A DNA stretch of 64,000 bases, taken from positions 14,381 through 78,380 of the forward strand of contig CAYTHH010000001.1 in assembly GCA_964437545.1 (NCBI GenBank). The letters are read 5' to 3'. Positions 35,668 through 45,838 of this stretch are shown here, piece by piece; the stretch's first letter is position 1; each line of letters starts with the position of its first letter. The stretch is from an uncultured Candidatus Saccharibacteria bacterium (GTDB taxonomy: Bacteria; Patescibacteriota; Minisyncoccia; Minisyncoccales; GWA2-46-15). Under the pieces are notes generated by a model, which saw only the letters and a program-made list of their open reading frames with translations, searched no databases and was not told the origin of the DNA. The position numbers and the translations under genes are program-made.

Positions 35668-37029
35668 ATGGCAGAAACAATTCCTGAAAAACTTCCTCCG
35701 CAGAATATAGAGGCCGAACAATCAGCTCTAGGCTGTCTTTTAATTGATAAGAACGCCATTCTCAAGGTGGTTGATTTTTTAAAACCTAAAGATTTTTATA
35801 AGCCTGATCATCAGCAAATTTATCAGGCAATGATGGATCTTTTTGAGAAGAACGATCCCATTGATATGCTGTCTATCTCTAGCCGCTTGAAAGAAAAGGA
35901 TCAGTTTGAGAAAATTGGCAGCAATGCTTACTTGACCCAGCTGGTTAATTCAGTAGCAACAGCAGCTCACGTAGCCAGTTATGCCAAAATTATTCAAAGA
36001 AAAAGAATTTTAAGGGATTTGATTGATGCCAGTCATGACATTAGTCGGATGGGATATAACGAATCTGAAGATACCGAGATCCTTCTTGATCAGGCCGAGA
36101 GAACAATCTTTAGCATTACCCAGAAATCTTTAACTCAGAAATTCCTTTCTATTAAAGGGAGCTTAGAAGAAGCCTTTGAAAGGATTGATAGACTGTCCAA
36201 GCACGAAGGCGGTCCTAGGGGAGTTCCAACTGGCTTTATTGACTTGGATAGCATGCTCTCTGGACTTCAAAAAACAGACTTAGTGATTCTGGCTGCCCGT
36301 CCCTCAATGGGAAAATCAGCTCTGGCTCTAGACTTTGCCAGAAATGTGGCCGTTAATCAAAAGTTACCAGTTGGCATTTTTTCTCTTGAAATGTCAATGG
36401 ATCAGGTAGTTGATAGGTTAATTTCATCTCAGTCTGGAGTTGATCTTTGGAAAATCAGAACAGGAAAACTTTCTTCCAAAGGAGAAGACAATGATTTTTC
36501 CAATATTCAGGAAGCTTTGGGGGTTTTAGCTGAGACTCCGATTTTTATTGATGACGCGGCTACTTCAAACATTTTACAGATGAGAGCTATGGCCAGGAGA
36601 CTTCAAGCAGATCAGGGGTTAGGATTATTGATAATTGACTATTTGCAATTGGTTGAACCAAGGACTACCTCAGAAAGTCTTGTTCAGCAGATTACCGAGA
36701 TTTCCAGGTCTTTAAAAGGTTTGGGTCGAGAATTAAATGTTCCCATTTTAGCCGTATCTCAGTTATCTAGAGCCGTTGAACAAAGGTCTCCGCAAATACC
36801 AAGATTGTCTGACTTGAGAGATTCGGGCTCACTTGAACAAGATGCTGACGTGGTTTTATTCATTTATCGGGAAGACCGATATCGCCAGGATATTGAAAGG
36901 AAAAACATTGCTGATATTATTGTCGCCAAACACAGAAACGGGCCGGTTGGCAAGGTCAGCCTTTACTTTAACGAGCAAGTTGTCAGTTTTAGGAACTTAG
37001 CCAAAGAAGAAAGAGAGTATTTGACATAA
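35668..37029 (+). CDS. dnaB: Replicative DNA helicase
   Basis: PPQNIEAE, AARPSMGKS, IDYLQL, SQLSR, DLRDSGSLEQDAD, KHRNG. Confidence 0.97.
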   Translation: MAETIPEKLPPQNIEAEQSALGCLLIDKNAILKVVDFLKPKDFYKPDHQQIYQAMMDLFEKNDPIDMLSISSRLKEKDQFEKIGSNAYLTQLVNSVATAAHVASYAKIIQRKRILRDLIDASHDISRMGYNESEDTEILLDQAERTIFSITQKSLTQKFLSIKGSLEEAFERIDRLSKHEGGPRGVPTGFIDLDSMLSGLQKTDLVILAARPSMGKSALALDFARNVAVNQKLPVGIFSLEMSMDQVVDRLISSQSGVDLWKIRTGKLSSKGEDNDFSNIQEALGVLAETPIFIDDAATSNILQMRAMARRLQADQGLGLLIIDYLQLVEPRTTSESLVQQITEISRSLKGLGRELNVPILAVSQLSRAVEQRSPQIPRLSDLRDSGSLEQDADVVLFIYREDRYRQDIERKNIADIIVAKHRNGPVGKVSLYFNEQVVSFRNLAKEEREYLT

Positions 37030-37044
37030 TGAGATAACAAAGTA

Positions 37045-37674
37045 ATGAGATATCCGCCGCGAATCCAAAAATTAATTGATCTTTTTTCAAAATTTCCGGG
37101 GGTTGGTCCAAAAACCGCTTCCCGGTTTGTTTTTTATCTTTTAAGAAAACAAGATTCTCAAATCAATGAGTTTTTAGAAGTTGTTGCCGATTTAAAAAAA
37201 TTTACCAGTCTTTGCAAATTTTGCCGCAATCCTTTTGAATCAAATACTAAGCAACCTCTTTGTTCTATTTGCAGCAATCCTTTAAGAGATAAAGCCATAC
37301 TTTGTTTAGTTGAGAAAGAAACTGACTTAATGCAACTGGAAAAAACTAACAAATACTCCGGCATTTACTTTATTCTTGGCAGTCTCTTAACCCCCTTAAA
37401 AAAGAAAGAGACCGAAACAATAATTATTAGCAATTTATTAAAAAGGGTTAATAATCCTTTAAGCTTTGGCCTTCAGGCTGACTTTAAAGAAGTCATTATT
37501 GCCATTAGCGATACCACTGAGGGTCAGGCTACGGCTCTTTATCTTGAGAGAGCATTGTCTTCCTTAAAATTAAAAATCAGCCGCTTAGGACGAGGTTTAC
37601 CTCTAGGGGCAGAGATAGAATATGCTGATGAAGAAACTTTATCTTCAGCTTTAGAATCTAGAAAAGAAGTTTAG
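37045..37674 (+). CDS. recR: Recombination protein RecR
   Basis: PGVGPKTA, CxxC..CxxC, EGQATA, EYADEETL. Confidence 0.95.
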   Translation: MRYPPRIQKLIDLFSKFPGVGPKTASRFVFYLLRKQDSQINEFLEVVADLKKFTSLCKFCRNPFESNTKQPLCSICSNPLRDKAILCLVEKETDLMQLEKTNKYSGIYFILGSLLTPLKKKETETIIISNLLKRVNNPLSFGLQADFKEVIIAISDTTEGQATALYLERALSSLKLKISRLGRGLPLGAEIEYADEETLSSALESRKEV

Positions 37675-37982
37675 CTAATACTTTTAATCTCAATTTCAGT
37701 ATAAGGTTGGCGGTGGCCAATCTTTTTTCTATATCTGATTCTCGGCTTAAACTTGATAGTGGTCACCTTTTTAGCTCTGTCTTGAGAAATAACTTTGGCT
37801 TTGACAACTGCTTTGGCTAGATAAGGGCTGCCAAGTTCTGTTTTTTTGTTTTGGTTAACTAAAAGTACTTCGTCAAAAACGATTTCTTCTCCAACCTTTT
37901 TCTCTATTTTCTCTATTTTTAGTTTTTGTCCGGGCGAAACGACATATTGTTTACCTCCGGTTTTAATAACTGCAATGTCCAT
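37671..37982 (-). CDS. rplU: 50S ribosomal protein L21
   Basis: AVIKTGGKQY, GHRQPYT. Confidence 0.97.
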   Translation of the reverse strand: MDIAVIKTGGKQYVVSPGQKLKIEKIEKKVGEEIVFDEVLLVNQNKKTELGSPYLAKAVVKAKVISQDRAKKVTTIKFKPRIRYRKKIGHRQPYTEIEIKSIS

Positions 37983-38042
37983 ATTGTTAAAGAGATGATA
38001 TATTAGTTAATCAAATACATTGATTAAGACAGATGGAATCTG

Positions 38043-39053
38043 TCATTTTCCTGATTCTAATTTTTTAGTTTTAGCTTCGTCGATTTCAATGAGTTTTTCG
38101 ACTTTTTCTTCAAATAAAGTTAATCTTTTTTCTGAATCCTGATATGCTGAACTGGCATTTTTAAGGTGACCTCCCAGTTTTCTAAAATCATTCATTAGTT
38201 TTTCAGCATCTTGATAGATTTTACCTAATTTTTTGAGGATATTCTGAGTTTGCTTTGAAATCTGGGTATCCCTAAACCAATGTTCAATGGTTCTTAGGGT
38301 TAGGTAAATAGTGTTTGGCGAGGTAATGATGATTTTCTTTGTTTCGGCAAAAGCAAAGATATCAACTTCCTTGGCAATATTATTAATGATTTCGTAATAA
38401 ATAGCTTCAGCGGGAATAAACATTAAAGCGAAGTCAGTTGTTCCCTCCCCTGGTATAATATACTTTTGGGAAATAGACAAGACCTGGGCCTTAATGTCTT
38501 CTAAAAAAGATTTCTTAAAAAACTCTTTTTCTGTTTCAGTACTGGCAGTTACCATTTTCTGGAAGTTCTCAGCTGAAAATTTAGAATCAATTGGAACTAC
38601 TTTACCATTCGGTAGTTTGAGGATAAAATCAACTGCTTCTCCTGAAGCAAAAAAGTATTGGCTTTGGTAAAGTTCTTTGGGAAAATGCTGCGCCAGAATG
38701 TGTTCCAGTTGGGCTTCTCCCCAGGCGCCTCTTAATTTCGGAGACTTGAAAATGTCCTGAAAATTAGAAACGTCAGAAACTTTAGTATGAATTTGCTTGA
38801 TGTTTTCCCTGATTTCTGTAGCTTCTTTTGTAAAGGACCTGATCTGGTTATTCATTTCCTTGGAAGTGTTGTCAACACTGCCCCGGATTTCTTTTAACTG
38901 TTGACTCATCAAATCAGTTAATCTTCTTTCAAGGTTTAAAATTGATTCAGACTGATTTTTGTCAGTTTGAGAATTCTTAATAAAAAGAAAAACCACACTA
39001 AAAATGGCAATGGCTACTAAGGCTATATATAAGGCTAAATAAGGGGCTGTCAT
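38043..39053 (-). CDS. rmuC: DNA recombination protein RmuC
   Basis: RGAWGE.QL, PIDSKF, KYI, DFALMFIPAE, SPNT. Confidence 0.92.
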   Translation of the reverse strand: MTAPYLALYIALVAIAIFSVVFLFIKNSQTDKNQSESILNLERRLTDLMSQQLKEIRGSVDNTSKEMNNQIRSFTKEATEIRENIKQIHTKVSDVSNFQDIFKSPKLRGAWGEAQLEHILAQHFPKELYQSQYFFASGEAVDFILKLPNGKVVPIDSKFSAENFQKMVTASTETEKEFFKKSFLEDIKAQVLSISQKYIIPGEGTTDFALMFIPAEAIYYEIINNIAKEVDIFAFAETKKIIITSPNTIYLTLRTIEHWFRDTQISKQTQNILKKLGKIYQDAEKLMNDFRKLGGHLKNASSAYQDSEKRLTLFEEKVEKLIEIDEAKTKKLESGK

Positions 39054-39141
39054 GGACTTATTTTAGCAGAGTTTACTCTAGATTTCAAGAAAGAGTATGA
39101 CAATCTAAAATGCTCAACCATTTAGCTGAGCATTTTATCTT

Positions 39142-39819
39142 TTATCTGATGATTTGCATTTTAATAAACCTCCTTATGTCTTGCGGTAAATCATCGATGT
39201 TTTTTATCTTGGAATCAATTATTCTTTCGAGCGCCAAGCGCCTCAAGAATGCGTCAATACTTTCGGTTAAACTGATTTCAACTATGCATTGTGTTTCCTC
39301 ACTGTCGCTTTCTAAAAGCTCTGTCAGAATGTCTTTTCTTTGTTCTTTCCATTTTCTGAGGCTGTTTTTGACAGCTTCAATAGCTTCTTCAAGGGCTTGA
39401 GCCAGATCTTTAATCGAAGCGCTTGCTTCAGCCTCGATTATATCTGAGTTAGCTTGGGAAAAAACTCGTTCTAGCGCGTCAATTATCTCTTGATCAGCGC
39501 CAATAGTTTTAGAGAATTGAAGCGCAGCTGTTTTAGCCTTAAGCATAGAAACATTTGATATTTCTTTTGGAGGTTGGCTTATTCCAATGAAAAGAGTCAA
39601 TGCTTCAAACCTTGCCAAAGATACTTCAAGGCGATCTTTAAATACAGCTTCGACCTCTTCAAAGAGACATCCGACTTCTCCAAAGACTTCATCAATGGCC
39701 TTTGAATTATTTTCTAGTGTTTCGATAGCGTCTTTTAAAAACCTGGGAGCTAGTAATTCTATTAAAAGCTTCTCAATACAACTCAGCGGAACATACCGAT
39801 CCAGTTTTTTGGTTTTCAT
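39142..39819 (-). CDS. Hypothetical alpha-helical protein
   Basis: 225 aa; AGGAGG SD; TTGACA-17-TAGTAT promoter at 39873-39901. Confidence 0.7.
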   Translation of the reverse strand: MKTKKLDRYVPLSCIEKLLIELLAPRFLKDAIETLENNSKAIDEVFGEVGCLFEEVEAVFKDRLEVSLARFEALTLFIGISQPPKEISNVSMLKAKTAALQFSKTIGADQEIIDALERVFSQANSDIIEAEASASIKDLAQALEEAIEAVKNSLRKWKEQRKDILTELLESDSEETQCIVEISLTESIDAFLRRLALERIIDSKIKNIDDLPQDIRRFIKMQIIR

Positions 39820-39906
39820 CTTAGCCTCCTTTGGCTTATTTTGTGTAAGAAAATTGGGAAAGTCCTAACTCGATACTAGTACAGGAGACTGAAACTGTCA
39901 AAGAGA

Positions 39907-40854
39907 TTATTTTAAGCGTCTTAAAAAAATCTCAGAAATTAAAAAGGTAATGTAAATGCCAAGGAGGAAAAAAGCTTCCTTTTTGGTTATTTTCTTGTCT
40001 GACTTTATAAATATTAAAAAGAAAATAGCTGAAATAATCAGGAATATTCGCGCCATTAAATAGGGAGAAAAGTCAGTGATGGTAATCGGACAAATCAGAA
40101 CAACTATTCCTAATACCAAGGTAGCGGAATTGATAACACTACCCATTAGATCTCCCAAAACTAACCATGACTCCCCCTTTTTAGTAGAAACAATCCCAAA
40201 ATATATTTCCGGTAAAGCATTTCCCAAACCGACAATTAAAATACCAATCATGCCTATGGGTAACCCTAGAGTTTTGGCAAAGAAGAAAGATGAGCTGACA
40301 ACTCCCTGAGATCCAGCTATTAACAAAATAATGCTTAAAACTAGCAAGGAAAGGCTTTTCCATAATTTTATTGGTCTTTGTTTTTCTCTATAGGTTTTAT
40401 GGAACCTATCTTCAGTAGCAAATAACCAAACCGCATAGATTAAAAAAGCTAGGATTAAAACCAAGCCATCAGCTTGTCCCAGTTTTCCATCCAAAGAAAG
40501 CAGGATCGGTAAAATTGCAATTAATAAAGTAAACCAAGAGCTTGATTGAACCATTTTACTATCAGCTTTAATGCCGTTTCCTATCAAAGCAGCCAGGGCA
40601 ATGGCTAAAGTTAAATCAACAACGTTGCCTCCGACCACGTCGCCAAAAGAAAGTTCAGGAATTCCTCTTAAAGCAGCGTTAATGCCGACAAAAAGGTTTG
40701 GAGCTGAGGTGGCCACGGCCATGATGAAAAAACCAACTACGAATTCTCGCCACTTTAATTTTTTAGCAATACTAATCAGACTATCAACAACCATGGTACC
40801 AGAAAAGGCCAGCAAGCAGGAAGAAGCAATAAAAAGAAAGATATAGAAAGGCAT
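39907..40854 (-). CDS. Sodium/calcium exchanger family (YrbG-like) antiporter
   Basis: Two alpha repeats: ATSAP...GDVVGGN and GNALPE...GDLMGS. Confidence 0.9.
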   Translation of the reverse strand: MPFYIFLFIASSCLLAFSGTMVVDSLISIAKKLKWREFVVGFFIMAVATSAPNLFVGINAALRGIPELSFGDVVGGNVVDLTLAIALAALIGNGIKADSKMVQSSSWFTLLIAILPILLSLDGKLGQADGLVLILAFLIYAVWLFATEDRFHKTYREKQRPIKLWKSLSLLVLSIILLIAGSQGVVSSSFFFAKTLGLPIGMIGILIVGLGNALPEIYFGIVSTKKGESWLVLGDLMGSVINSATLVLGIVVLICPITITDFSPYLMARIFLIISAIFFLIFIKSDKKITKKEAFFLLGIYITFLISEIFLRRLK

Positions 40855-41969
40855 TATCTTAAAAAGCTGGTTATTTCATATAAGATTCCTCCCAAAAATA
40901 CCAGAATCAAGGGATAGATTAGGATTCTTTTTTCAGGTTTAACTTTTTTATACATTAGCAGAATCAAGGTGCCTTCAACTCCGAGCATGACGCCGCCAAC
41001 CAAGCTGATGGTTTTGAGAAAGTCCTGAAAGCCAAGTAAAAAAAGAATTAGCGGAATACTAACGCTCAAAATAAAAGCCATAAAAGGCTTAATTTTAAAG
41101 TCATAAGCAAAGACTTTCTTTATTGTCAGACCCAAAGCAATGAAAGAAGTAAAAGTGGTCACAATCCCCAAAAACAAGCCCAGACTGAGGATTTTATCAC
41201 TAATAAAGCCTTTGAGGCCGGAAATGGCATCCTCTGATGTCTGGGAGCCGGAAATACCAACAACTAAGAGCATGAAAACAAGGTAAATTACAGCCGTAAA
41301 CAACAACGAAGCAATAATTACTTTTTTAAGAGCTTTTTTATTTTTGCCAAGCATTTCTTCAATTTCTGGAATCATTGACACTCCCCATAAAGAAAACAAG
41401 ATCGGGCCGTAGGGCAAAAAGATTTTGCTAAAATTAGCAGTTAAAGAAAGATTTTCTATTTTAAAGCTTGGTGCTCCGCTGATTAGAATAATTACAAAAA
41501 CCAAAATCATTAAGATTAATGACCAAAAATCAATCTTGGCAATGGGATTAATACCGAAATAGATTAAAACTGTTCCTAGAGCAAAATATAATAAAGTAGC
41601 TAAGAATTCATTATTATTGATTAAAGGTAAATTAAGTCCGGCAATGAATTTGCCGCCAATAATAAGATAAGCCAGAAGCGATCCGTAAGTTCCCAAAATC
41701 ATGGTAGCTAGCGCAACCTTTTTGCCCTTTTCGCCAAGATGAACTTTAGCGTATCCCGGCAGTCTGAGAAAATCCGGAGTTGCCAGAGCGACTTCTCCGA
41801 ATAGAAGATGAATTAATAGAGTCAAACCGCCAAGAATGATAAAATAGCCGATTATGATTCCCCATCCCACCATATTAGTCACCTGGGGTAATGAAAAAAA
41901 ACCGACGCCGATAATGGTGCCAGCTAAAATCGAAACGGTTAGAATGAATTTTTTAAAATCTTCTTTCAT
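40854..41969 (-). CDS. Aromatic amino acid (HAAAP-like) transporter
   Basis: GTIIGVGFFSLP, about 11 TM segments, TTFTSF. Confidence 0.85.
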   Translation of the reverse strand: MKEDFKKFILTVSILAGTIIGVGFFSLPQVTNMVGWGIIIGYFIILGGLTLLIHLLFGEVALATPDFLRLPGYAKVHLGEKGKKVALATMILGTYGSLLAYLIIGGKFIAGLNLPLINNNEFLATLLYFALGTVLIYFGINPIAKIDFWSLILMILVFVIILISGAPSFKIENLSLTANFSKIFLPYGPILFSLWGVSMIPEIEEMLGKNKKALKKVIIASLLFTAVIYLVFMLLVVGISGSQTSEDAISGLKGFISDKILSLGLFLGIVTTFTSFIALGLTIKKVFAYDFKIKPFMAFILSVSIPLILFLLGFQDFLKTISLVGGVMLGVEGTLILLMYKKVKPEKRILIYPLILVFLGGILYEITSFLR

Positions 41970-42062
41970 GAATTAATTAACTATCCTAAAAGAGTAATTA
42001 ATTACATTAATTGTACCATGTAATGGTATATCGAGCATCTTGCCCGCCATAGCATAGATAAA

Positions 42063-42872
42063 TTATTTCTGGCACTTTGGACAAAAGAAAGTTCCTCGGC
42101 CACTCAAGTTGATTCTTTTGATAACAGTTTTGCACTTCTGGCATTTTTGGCCATCTTTCTGATAAACTCTAAAATATTGCTGGTAAGAACCAGAACTGGA
42201 ATCTGGTCTAAGATATAATTGATCAGCAGCTGAAGAACCGTTGTATTTAATCCCCTCTTTTAAAACCAACTGAATTGCTTCTCTTAGTTTTTTAATCTCT
42301 TGAGTTTTCAATTGATTAGCAGGTTTTTGAGGATTAATTTGGGCCTTAGCCAAGATTTCATTAGCATAAATATTACCAATACCAGCTATTTTGGTTTGGT
42401 CAAGCAAAATAATTTTAATAGCTCGTCTAGTTTGTTTTAGGGTTTTCCCTAAATAATTATCAGAAAAGTTTTTAGTTAATGGCTCTGGACCGAATCTTGC
42501 CAGCGCTAAATCAAGTTGATCTTTATTTAAAACCTTGATCCAGCCAAATTTTCTCATGTCGTTGAAGAATAATTGATTTTTGACAAAAGAAATGATTACG
42601 CGAGTTGACTTTGTCGGAGTTTTTAAAATCCCAGGCTGCCATAGCAGCTGGCCAGACATTTTCAAATGAACTAATAGAGCTTGGCCATTCGAAAGCTTAA
42701 AGATTAAGTTTTTAGCCCGTCTTTCAACAGATAAAATCTTTTTGCCGATTACTTTCTTGGATTGACCAGCAAATTGTTTTTTGGAAAGGATCTTAATGCC
42801 AATAATCTTTTTACCGGAAACAGTTTTATCTAGATATTTTTTAATTGTCTCAACTTCGGGTAATTCTGGCAT
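42063..42872 (-). CDS. mutM: Formamidopyrimidine-DNA glycosylase
   Basis: PELPEVET, HLKMSG, AGIGNIYANE, C-terminal Zn finger. Confidence 0.96.
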   Translation of the reverse strand: MPELPEVETIKKYLDKTVSGKKIIGIKILSKKQFAGQSKKVIGKKILSVERRAKNLIFKLSNGQALLVHLKMSGQLLWQPGILKTPTKSTRVIISFVKNQLFFNDMRKFGWIKVLNKDQLDLALARFGPEPLTKNFSDNYLGKTLKQTRRAIKIILLDQTKIAGIGNIYANEILAKAQINPQKPANQLKTQEIKKLREAIQLVLKEGIKYNGSSAADQLYLRPDSSSGSYQQYFRVYQKDGQKCQKCKTVIKRINLSGRGTFFCPKCQK

Positions 42873-43494
42873 GAATAAAATAAGAATAAATGAATAAGAA
42901 TAAAGATATGGATACAGTTGGAATAATGATAAGTAAAAAACCGTAATCTGGCATAAAAAATCCTATTAATCCAATAACCCCAGCTATTTTAAATAGCTTT
43001 GATCCTAATTCATGGGTTTTGTCCCAAACCAAGTCGTTATTTAATGTCCAGGGAGTTCTGATGCCGCAAAACCAATTTTTTTTGAGGTTTTTGAGAAGAA
43101 CGCCAATATAAAAGAATAATATACTCATGGCTGGCATTATCATTTTCCCCATATTAAATCTGAATCCATAATTCCAAAGAATAGTTAAAGAATAAATATA
43201 AAAGAAAAAAGTAATGATAACGAGTATAAAGCCATCATAGTATTTTTTAAACCCCAGGTAGTTTTCTTTTAAAGGATCTATCTTGGGTAAAAAGATAAAA
43301 AGTAAAAATAAAAACACTGAAACAATTGGCATTAAAAACACTCCCAAGAATTTTGGCATATAATTATCAACTTGGCCCTGAAGATTCCAATGAGAAGCAA
43401 ATTTATCTGGTAGGTAAGGACTAGCATAAAGAGAAAAAGCGATGATAAAGAATAATCCGATTATTCCCAAAATAACAGCTTGAGTTTTATTCAT
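42850..43494 (-). CDS. SdpI/DUF1648-family membrane protein
   Basis: ASHWN..GQVD, NWFCGIRTPWTL...VWDKTH. Confidence 0.9.
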   Translation of the reverse strand: MNKTQAVILGIIGLFFIIAFSLYASPYLPDKFASHWNLQGQVDNYMPKFLGVFLMPIVSVFLFLLFIFLPKIDPLKENYLGFKKYYDGFILVIITFFFYIYSLTILWNYGFRFNMGKMIMPAMSILFFYIGVLLKNLKKNWFCGIRTPWTLNNDLVWDKTHELGSKLFKIAGVIGLIGFFMPDYGFLLIIIPTVSISLFLFIYSYFIHARITRS

Positions 43495-43685
43495 AGAATG
43501 TTAATTAATTTTTCAAAAACCAAATAATATTCTTTTTTACTAATATATTCTTTAGCTTGTCGTTTAATTCGGATATTTTCTAAAAAAATAGCGAAGATAA
43601 TTAAAAGAACCAAGATAATAATTGGGATTAACAGGCGTTTTAGAAGCTTCATAACGATTTGGATTTTATTAAAGCTTGTTGGCAA
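43491..43685 (-). CDS. Small hypothetical TM protein (true start probably the internal MKLL)
   Basis: Single TM ORF fitting between the MFS-Nudix and SdpI genes. Confidence 0.4.
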   Translation of the reverse strand: MPTSFNKIQIVMKLLKRLLIPIIILVLLIIFAIFLENIRIKRQAKEYISKKEYYLVFEKLINIL

Positions 43686-45199
43686 AATTCTTTATGCCCG
43701 GGAAAAATCTTTTTATCAGCCATATCTGCTAGTTTTAAGAATTTTATTCTTTGGCCCTCAAGGCAAGTAAGTTCTTGATTTTCATCATATTCAGTCCAAA
43801 AAATGTGGCGGGTTATTTTTTGGCCGCTTGGTAAAGAATAAGTTTCTTCTGCTAAAAGATTTAAAGATTGAGCCCGATAACCCGTTTCTTCGGTTAATTC
43901 GCGGTGAGCAGCAGTTTGCGGGGTTTCTCCAATTTCAACTTTTCCCCCAGGCATACACCAATGATTGGGGAAAGAAATGTCTTTTTTGCTATCTCTAAGA
44001 ATCATTAAAGTTGAGCCGTCTTTTCTAATTAAAACTACGCCGGCAGACTTCATCCCCTCTTCTTTAGCAAAGCCTAGTTGTAAAATGAATAAAAGACTTA
44101 AAGCGCTTAAGGTAAAAGCCATGGGCCAATTTAAACCAAAAAGTCCAAGGCTAAAGATTAATATCATCGTAGCGACAAATGAGCCAAAATGAATTGCCAG
44201 TTCTCGGCTCAGAAAATATTCTAGTTTTTTAGTTTGAACAGCAGTTTGGTAAGCCAACCGATCAAATGGTACCCAGATAAAAATAGATACTAGTTGATAA
44301 GCCAAATCAACTAAAAATAAGGAAAGCTGACCACTAATGATAAAGATTCTAGAGAGCCAGTTTAGGATATTAATAGGGACACTGATTTTTAGAATTTTAC
44401 CGCCGAATCTATTGGCTAAGTTCCTGACAATAACCAGAAGAATAAAAGAAGCCAGCAAGCTGATTGAGGTAATGGTGCCCAGGAATTGATACGAGCTGGC
44501 TAGCAAGAAAACATAAATCGGCCAAACTATACTTTGGAATCGGTCAATTAAACCAACGCCAAAAAATCCCAAGAATAATCTCGGCATTTGCTTAATGGGC
44601 AAATTATTTCCCAGGGTTTTTAGGGTAATTTCTGGAAATTTGAATTCATAACGATCAAAAAAAAGTGGTAAGCCGGAGATAATAACAAAAGCAAGGCTGA
44701 CTACATAAAGACTATTAAAGCTAAGGGTCTGAATAATGATTCCACCCAGGATTGGACCGGCAATCGAGCCAACTTTGCCAGTAAAACTGATTTTGGCAAC
44801 ATCTTTGCCAAAGGATAGAGTGTGATCAGTTCCAACAACGCTTAAATGGAAGGGCAACCAGCAAAATGGCACAGCTAAGCCCCAAAAAAAGACAGCCGGG
44901 ATTAGAAAAAAAAGTTCTCGGCCAGCCAGAATTAATAGGACTAAGAAAATAGATCTTAAAATTGCTCCAGTAAAATATATTTTATCCGAACCAAATTTAG
45001 CTATTAATCTGGCTGTTGGTAAAGTGAAAATAATAATAATTAAATCTAGCAAGAGAAAAAAACCAAGGATCCAAAAAAAGCTATGGGTGATCTTATAGAT
45101 GTAAAGAGGAACAAAAATTCCAACCATAGAAAAACCAAACTGGAGTAAAAAATTACTCAAAAGAAGGCCGTTGATTCCAAATAATGAAGGTTTTTTCAT
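43649..45199 (-). CDS. MFS transporter fused to a C-terminal Nudix hydrolase
   Basis: About 12 TM segments, then the Nudix box GKVEIGETPQTAAHRELTEETGY. Confidence 0.8.
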   Translation of the reverse strand: MKKPSLFGINGLLLSNFLLQFGFSMVGIFVPLYIYKITHSFFWILGFFLLLDLIIIIFTLPTARLIAKFGSDKIYFTGAILRSIFLVLLILAGRELFFLIPAVFFWGLAVPFCWLPFHLSVVGTDHTLSFGKDVAKISFTGKVGSIAGPILGGIIIQTLSFNSLYVVSLAFVIISGLPLFFDRYEFKFPEITLKTLGNNLPIKQMPRLFLGFFGVGLIDRFQSIVWPIYVFLLASSYQFLGTITSISLLASFILLVIVRNLANRFGGKILKISVPINILNWLSRIFIISGQLSLFLVDLAYQLVSIFIWVPFDRLAYQTAVQTKKLEYFLSRELAIHFGSFVATMILIFSLGLFGLNWPMAFTLSALSLLFILQLGFAKEEGMKSAGVVLIRKDGSTLMILRDSKKDISFPNHWCMPGGKVEIGETPQTAAHRELTEETGYRAQSLNLLAEETYSLPSGQKITRHIFWTEYDENQELTCLEGQRIKFLKLADMADKKIFPGHKEFCQQALIKSKSL

Positions 45200-45204
45200 A
45201 TTTT

Positions 45205-45294
45205 ATTTTAGCATAAAACCGAAGGATTTTAGCATAAAACTGAAAGATTTTAGCATAAAACTGAAGGATTTTAGCATAAAACTGAAGGATTTTA
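45205..45294. repeat. 21-bp tandem repeat x4, each containing TGCTAAAAT on the minus strand
   Basis: attttagcataaaac(c/t)gaa(g/a)g at 45205, 45226, 45247, 45268. Confidence 0.92.
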
Positions 45295-45312
45295 CTACAA
45301 AAAACTAGGAAA

Positions 45313-45837
45313 TTATTTATTAATCCTGGAATTTTTATAGTTTATTCCTAGTATTAACAGAGCCGCGCCAAAGAGAATGATTTCCAATAAAACATTGGCC
45401 CAGGCGTTATTCAGGTAGAGCCAAATAAAAGAGCCGATTGAACAAAAAGACGAGGGAACAGATCGGTTAAAAAGAGGTTTTAAGGGATAAAGCCAGCTGA
45501 TTTGTGGCTGGTTGACGATAGTTTGGAACTTTAAAACATAAAACCAATATCCGATCTCATCAAGAATAAGGTGTAAGATTAGAGAGGTCAGCGTTAAAAG
45601 TTTTGCAAAAGAGGATATGTTTTTAAAGATAAGAACCAGGATAAGCCAAACAATAATAGCTCCAAAAGGAGTATGGGTTATTAAATCATGATGTGATTTG
45701 TCAAGAGCAACGCCAATGAAAATATCAAAATCCAGAACAAAACCAGCAAAGACAATTAGCAAAATTTCTTTTAAAGAAAGTTTCTTAGAAAGCTTTGTTA
45801 AAAGATAACTGGCACTTAAATGTCCAAGTGGCAACAT
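45313..45837 (-). CDS. Membrane-bound metal-dependent hydrolase (YdjM-like)
   Basis: GH, DFD, HH..THT, LHLILD motifs. Confidence 0.75.
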   Translation of the reverse strand: MLPLGHLSASYLLTKLSKKLSLKEILLIVFAGFVLDFDIFIGVALDKSHHDLITHTPFGAIIVWLILVLIFKNISSFAKLLTLTSLILHLILDEIGYWFYVLKFQTIVNQPQISWLYPLKPLFNRSVPSSFCSIGSFIWLYLNNAWANVLLEIILFGAALLILGINYKNSRINK

Positions 45838-45838
45838 A

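Noticed and set aside
45205-45294. Possible CRISPR array
   Set aside because: Head-to-tail 21-mers with no spacers.
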